This document shows, piece by piece, positions 43,502 through 59,092 of a DNA stretch of 64,000 nucleotides; position 1 is the stretch's first letter, and every line of letters starts with the position of its first letter. The DNA comes from Eledone cirrhosa (Eukaryota): assembly GCA_964016885.1 (NCBI GenBank), contig OZ024743.1, positions 118,916,001 through 118,980,000 of the forward strand. The letters run 5' to 3'. The position numbers were made by a program, and so were the translations under genes. Below the pieces are notes generated by a model, which made no database searches, had not been told where the DNA came from, and saw only the letters and a program-made list of their open reading frames with translations.

Positions 43502-44541
43502 TAAATACACAACCACATAGAAAACTAAAAATGAAAATATAATCAACAAATAGCATGTGCATAAACAGTATATATGTACATTATGTGTGTGTGTGTGTGT
43601 TTTAAGTTCGAACTAAAAGCGTCAAAAATCAGCATCCAAGACTTTTGCGAGGTATCCCAGCTTGTATAGAAAGGAGTAGAAAAACCAACGACCTGTATTG
43701 TACTGATACCATCACCCTGATTCGTGTGCTTGCAGCCAGCCGGCGCACAAAATGCAGTTGGGAGTGTTAAACTAAGTGACAGATTGAGGTCTACTCCTTA
43801 AATGAAATCATTAGCTTTAAAAGATGCCAGGTTTAATATTATATCGAAGTTAAAAAGGAATTAATGAACAAATGAATGATTGAAATTATAAAGGCACAGG
43901 GCCCATCTAGGTGTGGGCCAACGAGGAGCACCACCCTACTCTAATTATTTTTATTTGTTGGAACCTCTGAAATAAATTAAAACACAGGCAGTGGATAATT
44001 CATACAAATTTCTGAAGTCTAATTTATGTTCATTCAATTGTTGTCTGTTTCCGCATCACATTTGTTAAAAAAGACTTTTCATAAAAATGATTCCAGTCAT
44101 TACTACCTTGAACTTTTCTTTCATACATATCATACCCATAGCTGCTTTTGCAGAATGACTTTATCCAGAAGGTATAATATTAGGAAGATATGATCAGGTT
44201 GTGGGTTACTTATTAGCTAGGGTAATAAGGAACTAAATCCTATTCCAGGATTTAGTTAGTTGTTATGTAATGTGCCTGTGTGCAATTCTAAATCTGGTCG
44301 AATATAGAATATGGATCCAACAAACAAGGCATAGTGAACCCCATCAAACTTCTTTATATAAAAAACATATTGAACCACAGTTCGGTTTAAAAATATTAAG
44401 GATCCATGCAATACTTCATATGTCTTTGTTACTCTATTGTCTCAAATTTAACTCCCATTGTTGCTTAGTTATTTGGGGATGAATTTGATAAGATTTATTA
44501 CGCTTCTAATAATTCTCAAATGATATTTCGACACACGCACG

Positions 44542-44656
<115 letters not shown>

Positions 44657-44659
44657 GGG

Positions 44660-44910
44660 GGTCACAATCATAATGTCGTGAGTTCGATGGCTGGGCTGGG
44701 CTGGGTTCCATGTTGTGTTCTTGAGCAAAATGCCTCATTTCACGTTTCTCCAGTATAGTCAATTGAAAATACATACCACCAATAGATGGGAGTTTAACCC
44801 TGCGAAGGACTGGCCTCCTCTCCAGTGCGGGGGTGGGACTCTTATACTCTCAGTTGCTTCATGCCATGTAAACCAGGACAAACACTGGCCTCGAAACAGA
44901 CTTTCGGCGT
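44660..44910 (+). mobile_element. SINE fragment with family B-like core
   Basis: gtgagttcgat...gttgtgttcttgagcaaaatgcctcatttcacgtttctccagtatagtcaattgaaaat...aaccctgcgaaggactggcctcctctccag. Confidence 0.6.
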
Positions 44911-44941
<31 letters not shown>

Positions 44942-45037
44942 GTTTCCCTTAATCTCAGCGGTATCTACACAGCATCAAAGAATTTTATTTGTAAGGATAA
45001 CAGAAACCTGTATCCAATACTCACTACTCGCACACTT

Positions 45038-45082
<45 letters not shown>

Positions 45083-46294
45083 GAGAGTTAAAGGGGAACG
45101 ATACATACACATAAACACACATATAATTATGCAAATACACCTCTTCAAATCTACAGAAAACATTTTGATTAAATATGTATGTGTAAGTATGTTATGGGTG
45201 TAAATGAAAATGTGTGGTTGTGTGTGTATGTGTATGTGAGTGTATTCAAGTACATATTCTATATATGTGTGTATGTTTGTTATATATATAATGTTCTTAG
45301 TTCTTGAGGGATTAATCTAAACAGAATTGTCACAAAAGAGAAAAATGCCAGCCCTACTTAGAATGTAATTTATATTTGAAGGACTTCCAAGAGACATCAA
45401 AGGATTGAGAAAATGGGAAAAGGTACTCAGAGAGTAAAAATATACGCATAGTAATACAATTAGTTCAGTTATAGAAATGTTCATTAGAATCGTTGTTGTA
45501 TTTAGTTTGTTGATTTTTTTTTTTAATCTATACATTTATAAATACAATGTGTAGTATAAGAAATGTAAAACATATCTATATAGTAGAATATGAAGTATTC
45601 GAATCTCTATACATTATGTGGTATTAGAAGATGCTTTTTAAAGTATTTCTTGAGGAAGGAAAATTATATTGGTTTCAGAATTAGGTTTGGGGAGATATTA
45701 TTTAAAAGACAAACGCATGTGGTAAGCAGTGGCGTTTGTGCCTTTTCTTGTGAACGTTATGATAATTGTGAATCAACTATGTAACGCATTAATGAGTTTA
45801 GTATGTATTATAGTATCATTGGAATACAACGGTGACCATTTTAGGAAGTACGAAATTCTATATTTTAAGGGAAGTGTGATATGTTTCGGAGTCAAGCTCG
45901 AGGGTTATGAAACTGTTGTCACAGGTTCTCTCACGCTGTAATGTATGTATCACTCAACAGAAAAGTATATTATGTACCATTCTTAAACACCTTAGTAGAG
46001 TTGAAGCGAGTGTTCAATTATGCCTGACCTGCGAATTTTCTCTATCTTTATGATTATGAAACAACTATTTTATACCAATTCTTTGGCGAATAACGAAAGC
46101 CTTAAAATCTCAATCAAATTTCTGGAAAAGTCCCTCGATACGTGAAATTAGAACAGAAGGCAGGACAACCACAATGAAGACAGTTATACTATTAAAGGTA
46201 ATATATCTATGAAATATTATTGTGTCGAAGAAACAAACAGTAGTTTGAGAGAAAAAGAAAGAGGGTTACAATATGTACTATACATACAATATGT

Positions 46295-46350
46295 ACTATA
46301 CATACACTTTTGATGAGTTGTAGTGCACCTGAGCACTGTACACAATATTT

Positions 46351-46384
<34 letters not shown>
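46295..46384 (+). mobile_element. LINE/SINE 3' tail ending in (ATT)n
   Basis: tttgatgagttgtagtgcacctgagcactgtacacaatattttc followed directly by (ATT)10; a typical retroposon 3' end. Confidence 0.5.
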
Positions 46385-46387
<3 letters not shown>

Positions 46388-46997
46388 CAGCTAGGTCAAA
46401 CCGAAGGCTTTCATTGATTTAGTCTTCATGAAAAGTAGTGAGTGTATTGGATGAGTTTAAATAGACGTAGCACACAGCTTGCTATTTTGAAGGAACATAA
46501 GACGGTATTATAGAAGTGATAGGTATTGTACGGAGAAGAAAGAGCAGTAGTGACGTAGCATGTTGGAGAACGAATCTTTTGGGGAGGGATATGTTTTAAG
46601 TTATTTGTGTGTCTAGCAGTTTTTATATGATAATATATCAGTAATGAAATGAACATTTAAAGGAAAAAATCTTAAAATGCGAATGATCCTTCAACGGTCC
46701 ATAAACGGTCTAAAAGTTGAATTACTTTGTGGCCTGTTGTGTTATGCTATACATAGCAGGTAAAGTACTTCATTTTAATTTTGGCTCACGTGTTACATTA
46801 CAATAAAATAACATTAAATTATCAACTAAGTACTACAATAAAGCCTACCTATACGTAATATAAATATATATATATATATATATATTTGTTTTGGGTTTCT
46901 TTCTAATACTATCTGCTACTTTTGTATGGTTTCCTTAACGGTTGTAGTAAGAAGCATCAAATATATGTCCCTATTTTTTTTCTTTGTATATATACTG

Positions 46998-47142
46998 ATA
47001 ATTGTTTCTACTTTAGGCACAAGGCCAGCAATTACCCAGTACATTACTGGTACTTTATTTTATCGACCCCACAAGGATGAAAGGCAAAGTTAACCTCGGC
47101 GGGATTTGAACTCAGACTGTAAAGGGACGTAACTATGCTAGA
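46998..47142 (-). mobile_element. SINE family A copy (young)
   Basis: Near-identical to 270-380: tttctactttaggcacaaggcc...tatcgaccccacaaggatgaaaggcaaagttaacctcggcgggatttgaactcaga. Confidence 0.88.
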
Positions 47143-47508
47143 AGGAAAATCCTATTGGCAGCCTTTTTAGCTATTTCCATAGGATTGGTTATACAAGTCG
47201 GTACATGTTTGGCTGACCTCATTAAGCTTCTTTTTATGTTACAACCTACTTCAAATCTGTAACCTTTTTGTAAATGCAACCTCACATGTACATACATACA
47301 ACTGTAATTAAAAATATAGTAGTCGTATTTTGATAATGTTAAATGGATGATTTCCAACGTCCTCTTACTGTATCGAGGTAATTATGCTAGTCTTGGTTGG
47401 CCCAGGATCCGTACTCATATAGCAAACCTATGATGAAATGTCTCCAGATATGACTATGTCACCTATTATTCAAAGAATATACACACACACACACACATAT
47501 ATATATAT

Positions 47509-47561
<53 letters not shown>

Positions 47562-48784
47562 GAGAGAGAGGGGGGGGAAGAGTTGGCAATATCTAATGTA
47601 TTTTGAAAACGACGTGTGGGCTGGGGGAATTTGAGGGTGGTTTCGTTGCTATTTCTAGCAACTTGATTGACCTCGTAGTGGGTCTCGTTTTGGCACAATA
47701 GCTTCTTGCAGAACACCAGAGTTTACTACGTTTAACAGCGGTATATATTTCACGAGGGCTTCACAGTTAGCTCTCCTAAACCCAAATTCTTGCTTGAAAA
47801 TGAGAAGTCTCTGTCAAGTTAATTTGCACTATATAAACTATATATGCAGGGAAGTACTAAGTTTTTCTTGCACATCAAAGAATTAAGAGATTGAAACATT
47901 ATATGTTGAAATAATATACAAAGAAGGTATTTGTTCCGCCAATTCATTCATATAAGAAAATAATTGAAATATGACATTAATGGCTTTAAAACGTAAGCAT
48001 TTTAATTTTGTTACTAATCTCATAAAAAAAACTACCACTGGACTAGTGATGTTTGTAAATATTCTTAGTTTAGAAATTAAAATTAATAATTCGAATTCAT
48101 GTTGATAGTTTTGATAACGATCGGAGATCAAACCAATCGAAATGAATTATAGATGAGATTATCCGAAAAGTATAACAGGTTGCTCATTTACATAATTAAG
48201 AACTTCAGCAAGAAGTTTTTGCCTCATCTATTAGCAGATAAATTGAAATATTTCACAAATAATTATCTTCCAGACGTCGCGGGATGTATATTTCTTAATC
48301 GACTTCTTTATAAAACATCTAACTCAAATATAAATAAAGTAATATGTTCTTACAGATATGTTTAGATTTTGTATTTAACACTCAACAACAGTTGTTGGCC
48401 TAGCGACATCATAAATCTATCAACACAATCTTGTTTTTGATGTACAAAGGGAAAGGAGCGTCTAGCAGGCTATTTTTAAATGACATATTTTTCCAGGGAA
48501 TTATTGGTTATTTGACCCTAGAAGTTAATTTCTGAATCTAAAATTAGAATTATTTAGTTATCTACACCTCGCTCTCATTTTTGCCTTACATGTAAACTTC
48601 CTGAACATTAAAAATGCTAAGTTTTTTTCTTATCAAATATATGAACTTAAATAGAATTTTAGACGTCGAACGAATATAATAACAGATGAATGACTCCTAG
48701 TGAATTAAATATGTTTCATTTTCAAAGAGGACAGTAGTCAAAGTATTCTTCCTTTCAAATGTTATTCATTCGTTTATAGCAGCT

Positions 48785-48880
48785 CAAAGCAGCAGAGTGG
48801 CAGACCCGTTAGAGATCAAATCCCGCCAATATCAACATTGCCTTTCATTGGTTTGTGTTCGATAAAAAAAATCACCATTT
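48785..48880 (+). mobile_element. SINE family A fragment
   Basis: gtggcagacccgttagag...atcaaatcccgcc...caacattgcctttcat...tcgataaaa. Confidence 0.55.
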
Positions 48881-48893
48881 AGGTGCTGGAGTG

Positions 48894-49285
<392 letters not shown>

Positions 49286-49332
49286 ATGAATATATATATA
49301 TATATATGTCTGTGTGTGTGTGTGTGTGTGTG

Positions 49333-49521
49333 TATCCCGGGTTCAGTCTGGTACAACGACAGTAAGTAAGGTACCCAATAAATAGCAGAGTATAAATATT
49401 TAATATAGAAATGGCTTCTACAGGAATAAAATTGTTTCATTCGAAGGAAATCATCTGGAAAGCCCTGATGATTTCCTTCGAATGAAATAGTTCTAGTCCT
49501 GTAGAAGCCATTTTTATATTA
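49333..49521. mobile_element. Second palindromic Penelope-like remnant of the 49 kb cluster
   Basis: 55-bp inverted arms 49401-49455 and 49467-49521 (5 mismatches, 11-nt loop). GAAA-N8-GTC follows the hairpin. Flanked by (TG)n and (CA)/(TA)n. Confidence 0.5.
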
Positions 49522-49528
49522 CACACAC

Positions 49529-49580
<52 letters not shown>

Positions 49581-50235
49581 TGGGAGGTGGAATATATATT
49601 GGAGGTTTTGGAATTCATTTGCAGACAGGTGGAAGGAGACGAAAATATATCTAACGATATAAAAATGCTATCGATTTTTCTTATTGAGATAAAAATGCAT
49701 TTCGGGCTACAACATGAATAAATATTAATTTATAAAATTCAATACTGGTAGATATTTCACTCATATGTTTGTTAACAAAGAAACTCATACAACAAATTCA
49801 ATGAACGGGTTAAGCATCTCGTCTCATGAATCGAAAACATCATCTAAATAATCCCTCTCTATTAACACAATTCATTGATCAGGTGTTGCTTTTATATAGA
49901 AACACATCCGTCTTATATATAAAAACTTGCTGGCATTCTATAGAAACAAATGCCCTTTTAGTCAACAATTCTACACAAACTTAGTGCGAAAGATTTTTAA
50001 AAATATATTTTGTCAAATATATCAGGCTTCAGTAGACAGATGGAAAGTATAAACAAACGATAGAATTTCTTCGATACTTCGAATAGAATAGAGGCATTTC
50101 AGCGATAAATGAGTACAATATTCTCGAATACTCAATTAATAGAAGAGTGAAGAAAACAGTAATGGCTAGAATTAAGTTTTAATTTAACTCCTGACTAAGG
50201 CGAAATATACTAAGATTATTGAAATGAAAAGAACA

Positions 50236-50299
<64 letters not shown>
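50236..50299. repeat. (AAT)n microsatellite
   Basis: Direct inspection. Confidence 0.95.
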
Positions 50300-50300
<1 letters not shown>

Positions 50301-50803
50301 GATTGGAGATGATGATCATGAATAGAAGACGAAATAGAATAATTTGGCCGACAAACCAGACTGTTGGAACTAAACTGACTAATGAAAGATTCCTTGGTGT
50401 AGTTAATTGTTTGGAAAGTTTAAGTAGACGTACACAAATCCTAGTTTTCTATACGCTAACATTAAATTTAGTTCGTCACACTGCACAGGTGCAATTGTGA
50501 AAATTATATTGCCTCCTTTTCTTTCTTTCTTTTGTTCTGAAACATAGACTTCTAGAAAAATAAACTAACGTTTATCTATTTCTCGGTTAGTCGCGATATA
50601 TTTCTTTATTAGTTTATTTTGTCTAATCATTAATTTCATCGGTGTCGACTCCCATCCTCTCTCTCCCGCAATATTGCTTCCATTTCGTAAATAGCACCGA
50701 AAGTAGTGAAACTATTTCATGTGTACGTAACGAAAAATGAATATAATACTCCTTGCACATTAAGTAAACATTTTGTTTATAATAATTGCTTAATAATTTA
50801 CAG

Positions 50804-50885
<82 letters not shown>

Positions 50886-51288
50886 GAATTTAGATCGATA
50901 ATCATATATACATATGACTGTGTGTGTGTATTTCTCTCTCTATATATATTCAAAAATGAAATAAAATATTTGCGTCATACGCACACGACCAATACAAAAA
51001 ATGAACATTATAAGTAATACATTATTAAATCGTAAAAATGTCTACTGAAGGCGTAGGATACGTATACAATGCTACATAAGAAGAATCGAACCTCGGATCT
51101 CAGCCAAGTGAGTGTCAAATGAGATTCAATGTCATATTTAAAGGCTCTTGACCTATATAGAAGAAATGCATTTTTGTCCACTTGTTTAAGGTTCTGGTGG
51201 TACTTTACCCTTCTTACTCCTTGCACATTTCACACATGCTTGGTAAATTAACCCCAAATTCTCTCTCTCGCTCTCTCTCTCTCTCTCC

Positions 51289-51365
<77 letters not shown>

Positions 51366-54300
51366 TTAATCAGTGTTGCTTGATCCTAACAATAGACCAA
51401 TAATGGTGTAATCAGTCGGAGGTACTCGACGTCATGGATGCCACACGGTAATGCCTCTCAAAATACGGCTTAAATCATTATTTTTATCATTGTGTCAAAT
51501 CCCATTAAATAAACGTTGCCTCTCACCCTTCCAGGTTCGATGAAATAAAGTATCAGTCATATACTGTGTCGATTCAGTTGATATCCACCTACCTTGAACA
51601 TTGCTGACCTAATTAGAAGGTATTACTATTATTACATCTTTTATTATGAATTCCTCTTACCTAACTCTGCCCGAATCTTCAAAATACTGTTTTCCTCTCT
51701 ACAGACGAATGTAATTTATTTTACGAAACTTTTTATACATTCTTTTTTTTTTCCACCGACGAGGATTAGATTCCTCGTACTCTATTTGACCCAAACAGCG
51801 TCTCCATGTTTAGACATATCGCTGTGCTATGAATGAAATATTATGAAAAACAGAAAAACGAAAGCTCTTTTTTTTTAATGAGAAACACTTAAATTGATCT
51901 ATACCTATTATACCGACCATATTGAGTACTAAAATAGTCCCACCAATAAAGTGCTAGGATATTTCATGTACATTAAGATCATTATTCCAAAGATTTGATA
52001 CTGACAGATAGGAATGACAATAAACTAAATTGCTGCTCACTCAGAAGCTGATGTTAGTTGTGGTTTTTATTTACTCGAAATAAGTAGATAATGGTCAGTT
52101 AAAAATAAATCAAAAAGAAAAATGTTGAACAGAGTTTCTAAATATTCAATTGACTGGAATGACATTAGAACCTGGCGGAACACATGCAAAATAATTAAGA
52201 GAGGAAAAAGTAGCAGATGAGTATTAAAGTAACAATCAACTGGATTAATTTCTGTATCCTTTGCAACAGTCTAACAATGTGAACCAAGATTATTATGACT
52301 AAGTACATTTAAGGACGTCAAGAAAAATGACAATTGCTTGCACGTGATACTGTCGTAAAGATTTCAGAAAGTATTTTACTTCTGAAATTTTGTTTTGTTT
52401 TCTTTACCTAAGATTAACTCTAACTATGAATGCCGGATAAACTGATATCATACAAGTTCTCAAATATTTATATCTGCTTGACCTCACAGTGTGCCAAAGC
52501 AGATCAGTCAACACAGTCAGTCACCCTGATTGAAATATTATCCAAATAACATTGCTGTCTTAAATACAAAAAAAAGACACGTTCGATATTATAGTCCTGT
52601 ATATCTCTAAAATGATGGGATGCTAACGATACGTACTATATTCAATCAAATTTGTCCTGACGACTAAAATATACATAAACATATCTTCAAAATGAGTATT
52701 AATTTTTGCGTTTATATTTTTGTTAATTCATTAATGGCAAATATTAGATGTTCAGTTACGATCAAACTTTGTCTTGATTCTAATGACAATATAACGTGGT
52801 AACAGTATTCAACATTAGAAAAATGTAGCAAATTAGGGGTGATAGAGGAGAGAGAGAATATGTAGTATAGATAACATTTTCAAACTAAATTTCTTATTTT
52901 GCTGAATGATTTTGTTTTTAATTTTCGTTATAAATAAAACAGTAGTACTAAAGACATTTTCCGATATGTCAAATGTACCAAAATGACCAGAAATGTCGAA
53001 ATATTTTAGCATTTAAAAAGACGAATATACCTGACACAGGTGTAAATATCTTTCGATGCTAATTTGTAACCAGCCTCTCACTGAACAACGTTTGGCTCTA
53101 CACCTGAATACTAACAACTAAAGATAATAATATATCAAGATGTGGGAATGACATCATATCACTATATACGTCGCAATTATACTGTTCCTATTCTTCGTTA
53201 AATCAAAAATGCTATTTAAATTGCCGGATTACGTCATTCTACCTCAAAATCCTCTCAGGTCAATGACCTTAAAGGGACTATTTTTAAATCTTACAATCAG
53301 CAGTATAGTTTTTTTTTCCTTCCATATAATTCATATGTAGCATGTATATACCAAATGAAATATTTGAAACAGTGCATTCTGTATAATTAAAAAAAGGTAC
53401 TTGATTCCTTGACTCCCCACCCATCACATAATTTGTTTCACCTGATTTCTGTGCTTACGTTTTAGGGAGACTAACATTCATTTCTCTTTAACACAATCAC
53501 ATCAACTAAACGTCTGCTTTGTGTTAACTCGTGCCATATTTTTAGAAATACTGTGTGTTCAAGTCTTACCAACATGATGTCTTTCAACTGCTTTTAGACA
53601 TCGTTGTTAAAGATAATATTTTAAATACCAGAATAGGAGATATTGCAGGTACAAATTGTCATCCGGCTCAATCAACAAATAGACTAATATTGATTTAATG
53701 GTAAATAGACAACGACTTGAAGCTGGTCAAGAGAAATGCATGAGACATCTTAGTTTTTAAATTCTTAGAAGATTTCTATATAGCACTTCTATTTACAAAG
53801 AAAAAAAATACAATTGAATGCACTTTATCACAAATTGTACAAACCCTAGACAGATTGCAAATATATCAGTTAATTTGCAAAAGTAATTTTGACAGAAATA
53901 TTATTAAGAAATAGTATACTAATATATTTAAAATTATTCAGATGAGATATAAGTGCCATTTTCACCCAATTCGCTATAATGTTTATTACAAATGAATCAG
54001 ATTCATTACGCAAGCTAAAAGTATATTTTTAAGATTTTTATTTTAGTTATTCAGCTTCACTGAGTTTTAATCGAATAAGCCTTCGATCAATCACGTTCCA
54101 GTTGTGATGAGTCCATTTCTTTGCAGATATGCATTATCTAATTTATTCTTTCATTTTTTTTAAATGCTAGGTTTCTAATTGTGAAAGGGATATGGCTATT
54201 ACATCTAGTAAATAGAGTGGCGTTGTAGAGAATCGCATATTGGCTCCGATGTGTTGTCATACGATAAGTGATCGTAATCAACTGTTGAACAGCATCTATT

Positions 54301-55335
54301 TACGATAGAAAAAATGACAAGGGAATTTTTCTTAGTTTGCATTTTTCATTGGCATGTAAAAATAACGAACATCACAATTTTGCATTTTGCAGACCCATTT
54401 AATTGCATAGCCAACAATCTAGGTCTATTACTTGAAGAGAAATTATTTTCGAAGTTAACAATCTTCCAAATAAAGAAAATGCTTTAGTGTTAGAGTGTAG
54501 CTGATATAGATTGAAATGAAAAAAAAAAAAAAAAAGAATGATTAAAAAGAGGCTAAATAAAAGGATAAAAAGGCAATAAAGTGAAGAAAATAAAAATAAG
54601 AGAGAAAGAGCGAAAGAAAGAGTGGGGAGAATAACTAATGGGCCATAATTTGTTTAACAACGTTGTATTCAAGTGTCTACCTTGACCAATGAGATAATTC
54701 CTCTCAAGTTAGAAAGCAAAGCAGCTCAAGCAGTCGGCAATGTTTAATAAACAAGTGGTGATTAAGAGGTCTGCTCTGTTGTGAAAGCAACATTCTATAA
54801 GTTTAGCGGCTGCTTTGTGGGCGGTAACAATAGTGATTGTCCACTACTAACACAAAGGTTAGCTGACTGGGCTTAATGACGTGGAGGTAACAGGTATTTT
54901 TGTGACTAATCAACTAACTCAAGCCTATTAATTAGTCTAACATGTACTCAGTATGTAGAATGTCCGTAGTGCGACAAGGAGACAAACTAGCTACTAGTTT
55001 TTGACAAAGCTATTCTTGAAGTGAACGAATCTGTCACGTTACTAGTTGGGTCGTACCAAAAATGAACCACATGACTGAAAAACCAAATATGTTAAGCAAG
55101 AGGCTATAAACACCTAATATACAGCACATCAGAACATTGAGATTAGATGTCACAGAATATATAGGCTAATTAAATTTCGTCTCCTATTATTACTTTAATT
55201 CACTTTCTGTAGTTTAGATTGATTCACCAAGTAATAATTTGAGAATAAGAATGAGAATCTACTGCCCCCCGCAACCATCGAACACATTCATTGTTGTGTA
55301 TATATATATATATATACATAAACATACATATATAC

Positions 55336-56089
<754 letters not shown>

Positions 56090-56620
56090 TGTAGTTGGTG
56101 GCTGTTCACCTATGCGGCAAAATACTTATGCTTTCATTGCATGATGACGTGAGAACGTGGGTTTGAGTCAACAATGAGCTTCTTGAAACTATGTCAATTG
56201 TTACACGCGTGAAACAGGGTGACCTGACCGCTCCAACTTTGTAATTTACTTTGTAGTTTGTCTGTTAAACGCATTCACCAGCACCAATGTTGACATATAT
56301 ATGCGTTATCGAACAAAAAGAAGTCTCTTTAACATTCTACAATCCCTCGCTACATTAAACACTTATGTTGCATTGATACATGATCTTCATGCACACGACT
56401 GTGACCTTGTTAGCCACATTGAAGAAGACATTCTACTTCTGGTGGATTGCTACTCGGCAGCGTGTGTTTATTTGCGGCTGGCAATCAGGCTGTAACAGTC
56501 AGTGATCATGTACTAGTATACACACAGAAAAGCATATAATCCATCATCCATATCTGTCAAAAGGAAAATATTGAATGTTGTGGATAAGTAGTACGCTCTC
56601 GAGAACGAGCACCCTGAATG
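56090..56620 (+). mobile_element. Decayed RTE-clade LINE, reverse transcriptase fragment
   Basis: Translates with stops and frameshifts to LHDDVRTWV*VNNELLETMSIVTRVKQGDLTAPTL, YMRYRTKRSLFN...LIHDL-HAHDCDLVSHIEEDILLLVDCYSAAC and VIMY...ISVKRKILNVVDK. These match the RTE RT pattern GVKQG..LAPTLF / IRYRTDGKLFN / LFADDCAL.AH / VDKF.YLGS, with the catalytic motif degenerate. Confidence 0.85.
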
Positions 56621-56725
56621 AAAAGGAAGCAACGGTATTCACAATTATCGAAATTTAAAAATGCAGTTATATGAGCATATGGGATTTTCATTCAGTGATA
56701 TGTGAGAATGTATATATGCAAGTAA

Positions 56726-56726
<1 letters not shown>

Positions 56727-56756
<30 letters not shown>

Positions 56757-56872
56757 TGTATGTATGTATGTATGTATGTATGTATGTATGTATGTATGTA
56801 TGTATGTATGTATGTATGTATGTTTGTTTGTTTGTTTGTATGTATGTTTGTATGTATGTGTGTATGTATGTG
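56727..56872. repeat. (TATG)n microsatellite degenerating to (TTTG)n
   Basis: Direct inspection. Confidence 0.95.
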
Positions 56873-57127
56873 TTTTGTGAATGTCTTTATATTACGTTAA
56901 GCATTGCTGAAGATTCGTCCTCTTCTATTGGTGCATTAAAGGAAGATCAGTGTGACATTGTCCATAATTTACTTCAATTGTTAATCAAAACGATAGCAAA
57001 TTTAAATAGGACAAGTACAGTAAATAGGCGCCCTACATGTTATTTGATTTTAGAAACCGAACATGGCACATATTCAACCTAACAGTTGAGCATGTGAGCA
57101 GGCAGATAGAAATACTGACTAACGCAC

Positions 57128-57223
<96 letters not shown>

Positions 57224-57256
57224 TTATATATATTTATATATATATACCTATATGCA

Positions 57257-57337
<81 letters not shown>

Positions 57338-57372
57338 ATATGCATATTTATATATATATATACCTATATACA

Positions 57373-57417
<45 letters not shown>

Positions 57418-57452
57418 ATATGCATATTTATATATATATATACCTATATACA

Positions 57453-57523
<71 letters not shown>

Positions 57524-57619
57524 ATATCCATATTTATATATATATATATATATACCTATATGCATATTTATATATATATATATATATATACCTATATGCA
57601 TATTTATATATATATATAT

Positions 57620-57651
<32 letters not shown>

Positions 57652-57728
57652 ATATTATATATATATATATATTATATATATATATATACCTATATGCATA
57701 TTTATATATATATATTATATATATATAT

Positions 57729-57764
<36 letters not shown>

Positions 57765-57838
57765 TCATTTATATATATATATATATGTATATATATATAC
57801 TCATTTATATATATATATATACATATATATATATACTC

Positions 57839-57878
<40 letters not shown>

Positions 57879-57880
57879 TC

Positions 57881-57930
<50 letters not shown>
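57128..57930. repeat. Large compound (TA)n array with higher-order units
   Basis: About 9 copies of cctatat(g/a/c)catattta and 4 copies of tactcatttat separated by variable (TA)n. Confidence 0.9.
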
Positions 57931-57931
<1 letters not shown>

Positions 57932-58693
57932 AATAACGAAGGACATGGCAATTATTTGCTAAGAATACCGAACGTAGTAAAAACAAAAGAAAGAATGATG
58001 AAGCCAGAAGTAAGAATAAAACAACATTTCTAAATAGCTGCGTAAGAATCTAAAAGGATAGACAATTAGATACAGTTGTAGATATACTCGTCAGAAACAT
58101 AAATATGTTTATCTTTCCATATAACTGTATGTTCTGCTTTCTATATATCGCTAAGGAATTGGTTGCGTTACTAAGCAAACAAAACAGAGTCTACGTGATA
58201 AGTGACCCAGTTCAAAGAAAGGAAAATGTTAACCTGTGTATGAAACATTAAATACACACACAAATGCACACACACTTATATGCACGTGCGCACGCACAGA
58301 GTCATGTTTTAGAAAGTATAGTAGTAGTTATTGTTGACGATGCGTTTTCTTAATGGTGCACGCACCTGAAACAAAAGAGAACAGTTATTTTTTATCCCCC
58401 TCGCAGGTCATGAAGAAAATGTTTCGACAATAATGTTCGTTCTGTTTCTAAACTATATCTCGTTGCGTTCCGCTACAAGACAAAAACACGCCGAAAAAAA
58501 GAAAGAAAAAAAGAAGAATTATCGCAGCTATTCGTCAGATTTGTAACGGCAGCTAAATTAACTAACTATTGCAAACAAGTGTACAATGAATGATAAAGGA
58601 GAGGGATGACTGACGTCACACACAAAAACATATACATATACATACATATTTCTATACACATATATACATACATATATGTTCATACATATACAT

Positions 58694-58792
<99 letters not shown>

Positions 58793-58964
58793 GACACATA
58801 TATATACATATATAAACATCAATATATATGTATATATACACATACATATGCATAAATATATATCTACATACACACACAGACACACATATATATACATATA
58901 TAAACATCAATATATATGTATATATACATATATAATATATACATATACATACAGATGCATACGC

Positions 58965-59025
<61 letters not shown>

Positions 59026-59030
59026 TATAC

Positions 59031-59092
<62 letters not shown>

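Noticed and set aside
57037-58033. Longest ORFs in the track (276-301 aa, poly-IY), and all similar IY/CV/HT/ER ORFs across the window
   Set aside because: They are translations of (TA)n, (TG)n, (CA)n and (GA)n microsatellites, which lack stop codons.
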